From Bacteroidota bacterium (lineage in GTDB: Bacteria; Bacteroidota; Bacteroidia; Bacteroidales; FEN-979): DNA of 64,000 nt. The notes below the pieces were generated by a model. The model had not been told where the DNA came from. It made no database searches and was given only the letters and a program-made list of their open reading frames with translations. Shown piece by piece: positions 61,981 through 64,000 of the stretch. The stretch's first letter is position 1, and every line of letters begins with the position of its first letter. The stretch spans positions 15,020 through 79,019 of the forward strand of contig JAPLDJ010000024.1 in the NCBI GenBank assembly GCA_026391805.1, given 5' to 3'. The position numbers were made by a program, and so were the translations under genes.

Positions 61981-63933
61981 ATGGTATCGGTCAATAATCT
62001 TTCGGTTCAGTTCAGCGGAACTCCGCTGTTCGATCATGTTTCCTTCATTATCAATGACAAGGACAGGATCGGGCTTACCGGGAAAAACGGAGCCGGGAAA
62101 ACGACATTGCTGAAGATCATCAAAGGCTTGCAGAAGGCCGATGAAGGGGAAGTAGTGATACCGTCGGGCAGTACCATCGGGTACCTTGCGCAGGAGATGG
62201 AGACCAAAAGTGAGAAGACCGTGGTGGAAGAAGCCATGACTGCGTTCTCCGAGATCCTGGAACTAAAGCAAAAGATCGGATCGTATGAAGAAGCGATAAA
62301 ATCGAGAACGGATTACGATTCTGAAAGTTACCACAGCCTGATTCATAAGCATTCCGATGCCTATGAACGATTCAACCTGCTGGAAGGGAATTCCATTCAT
62401 ACCAATACGGAAAAGGTGCTGACCGGCCTCGGGTTTGAGATCCCGGAATTTTCGCGTCCCATGAGCCAGTTCAGCAGCGGCTGGCAGATGCGGGTGGAGC
62501 TGGCCAAGATCCTGCTGCGCGTGCCGGATGTCATCCTGCTCGACGAGCCTACGAATCATTTGGATATTGAGTCGATCCAGTGGCTCGAGGAATTCCTGAT
62601 CAACTACAAAGGAGCTGTTGTCCTGGTATCGCACGACAGGGCTTTCCTGGATAATGTGACAAAACGAACCATCGAGATTTCACTGGGGAAGATTTACGAT
62701 TACCGCGCCAACTATTCCGGTTACGTGACCCTGCGGGAAGAACGCCTCGACAGCCAGATCGCGACCTACAATAACCAGCAGCGGCAGATCCGGCAGATCG
62801 AACGGTTCGTCGAACGGTTCCGCTACAAATCCACCAAGGCGGCGCAGGTGCAGTCGAGGATTAAAATGCTGGAGAAGATTGAAGAAGTGGAACTGGATGT
62901 TTTTGACGAATCGGGCATCAAGTTCCGTTTTCCCAAGGCCCCGCATTCCGGAAAGATCATTCTTGATGCAAAACACCTGACCAAGGATTACCCGCAAAAA
63001 AGGGTGCTCAATGATCTTCATTTTTCGGTGATCAAAAATGACAAGATCGCATTTGTGGGGAAGAACGGCGAAGGGAAAACCACCCTTTCAAAGGTCATCG
63101 TAAAACAGACATCCCACACCGGTGAACTGAAATACGGGCACAACGTGGTGCTGGGCTACTATGCCCAGGACCAGTCGGATTTCCTCGATCCTGATAAAAC
63201 GGTCTTCCAGACCATCGATGACATCGCTACCGGCGACATCCGTCCGAAAATCAGGACGATCCTGGGCGGCTTTCTGTTCGGCGGTGAGTCGATCGATAAG
63301 AAGGTGAAGGTCCTTTCAGGCGGAGAAAAATCAAGGCTCTCGCTGGCAAAGCTTCTGCTGACGCCGTCGAACCTCCTCATCCTGGATGAACCGACCAACC
63401 ACCTTGACATGCGTTCGAAAGACATCCTGAAAAATGCCCTTTTCCAGTACGATGGTACGCTGATCATTGTTTCCCACGACCGCGACTTTCTGACGGGTCT
63501 GACCAACCGTGTTTTTGAATTCCGTCATGGCGGGATCAAGGAATACCTGGGCGATATCTACGATTTCCTTGAGGCAAGGAAACTCAGTGAATTATCACAA
63601 CTGGAAGCAGCGGCGAAAGCCGCCGGCAATGAGCCTGTAAAGAAAAACTCTGCCCAAAAAGTAAGCTGGGAAAAGCGGAAAGATTTCGACAAGGAATTAC
63701 GGAAGATCCAGAGCCAGATCTCAAAATCGGAAAATGAGATCGGACGGCTTGAAGCGGAAATCAAAACAACCGAGGGAATGCTGATCCAGCCGGAGAAATT
63801 CAAGGACAAGGTTTTGGGACCGCAGCTATACAAGGAATATGAGCGGCTGAAAGAACTGCTGGAGAAAGAGATGAAGCGATGGGAAGAGCTGCAGCTTGAA
63901 CAGGAAGTACTGGAGAAGAAAAAACCGGATTAA
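61981..63933 (+). CDS. ABC-F family ATPase (two NBDs, no TMD; Uup/EttA-like translation factor class)
   Basis: Walker A GKNGAGKTT and GKNGEGKTT. Signatures FSSGWQMR and LSGGEKSR. Walker B ILLDEPTNHLD and LILDEPTNHLD. Charged coiled-coil C-terminus. Confidence 0.9.
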   Translation: MVSVNNLSVQFSGTPLFDHVSFIINDKDRIGLTGKNGAGKTTLLKIIKGLQKADEGEVVIPSGSTIGYLAQEMETKSEKTVVEEAMTAFSEILELKQKIGSYEEAIKSRTDYDSESYHSLIHKHSDAYERFNLLEGNSIHTNTEKVLTGLGFEIPEFSRPMSQFSSGWQMRVELAKILLRVPDVILLDEPTNHLDIESIQWLEEFLINYKGAVVLVSHDRAFLDNVTKRTIEISLGKIYDYRANYSGYVTLREERLDSQIATYNNQQRQIRQIERFVERFRYKSTKAAQVQSRIKMLEKIEEVELDVFDESGIKFRFPKAPHSGKIILDAKHLTKDYPQKRVLNDLHFSVIKNDKIAFVGKNGEGKTTLSKVIVKQTSHTGELKYGHNVVLGYYAQDQSDFLDPDKTVFQTIDDIATGDIRPKIRTILGGFLFGGESIDKKVKVLSGGEKSRLSLAKLLLTPSNLLILDEPTNHLDMRSKDILKNALFQYDGTLIIVSHDRDFLTGLTNRVFEFRHGGIKEYLGDIYDFLEARKLSELSQLEAAAKAAGNEPVKKNSAQKVSWEKRKDFDKELRKIQSQISKSENEIGRLEAEIKTTEGMLIQPEKFKDKVLGPQLYKEYERLKELLEKEMKRWEELQLEQEVLEKKKPD

Positions 63934-64000
63934 GAACAGTTGGAAATTCCCGGAAAAATCAGAAATCCCTTTTCAGGAGTTCATTTGCGAGCGCTCTCAG

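Overview
This 64-kb window looks like a Bacteroidota chromosome. The evidence is three Por/T9SS-type C-terminal sorting domains, TAnnTTTG -7 promoter boxes directly upstream of many start codons, and many lipoproteins and outer-membrane barrels. Coding regions are roughly 50-65% G+C on the lines I counted, and spacers are AT-rich. I support about 40 protein genes. I saw no rRNA, tRNA, CRISPR array, integrase or intact transposase.

Housekeeping content: Omp85-like barrel, UMF1 MFS transporter, MsbA-like ABC exporter, ClC channel, two PBP4-family peptidases, a three-gene biotin-dependent acyl-CoA carboxylase operon, M20 amidohydrolase, rsmA, mtnA, serS, rplU-rpmA and an ABC-F ATPase.

Accessory content:
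1. A 17-kb envelope glycoconjugate/lipid cluster at 22.6-40.0 kb. It holds a tightly coupled KASIII-SDR-GT2-GNAT-MBOAT-partner operon, two FAAL plus small-carrier-protein pairs, a membrane-anchored sulfotransferase, two tandem B12-type radical SAM paralogs, a Wzx flippase and WecE. A TMTC/ArnT-like GT-C lies next door.
2. A T9SS cargo paralog locus at 47.9-61.7 kb. A transmembrane LuxR-type regulator sits between a truncated and a frameshifted copy of the same about 1.8-kb gene head.
3. A strongly low-GC T9SS cargo gene bracketed by repeat clusters, at 14.1-16.5 kb.
4. Several families of intergenic repeats: long GCAAAG-type hairpins, GTCATTGCGAG...CGAAGCAATC units, 7-bp tandem repeats, and REP-like stem-loops beside a 17-codon RAYT transposase remnant.

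The best candidate for an undescribed system is the adenylase + carrier + MBOAT + membrane-anchored partner set, which has Dlt-like logic but uses fatty-acyl-AMP ligases. All family assignments come from motif recognition by eye. No searches were run.
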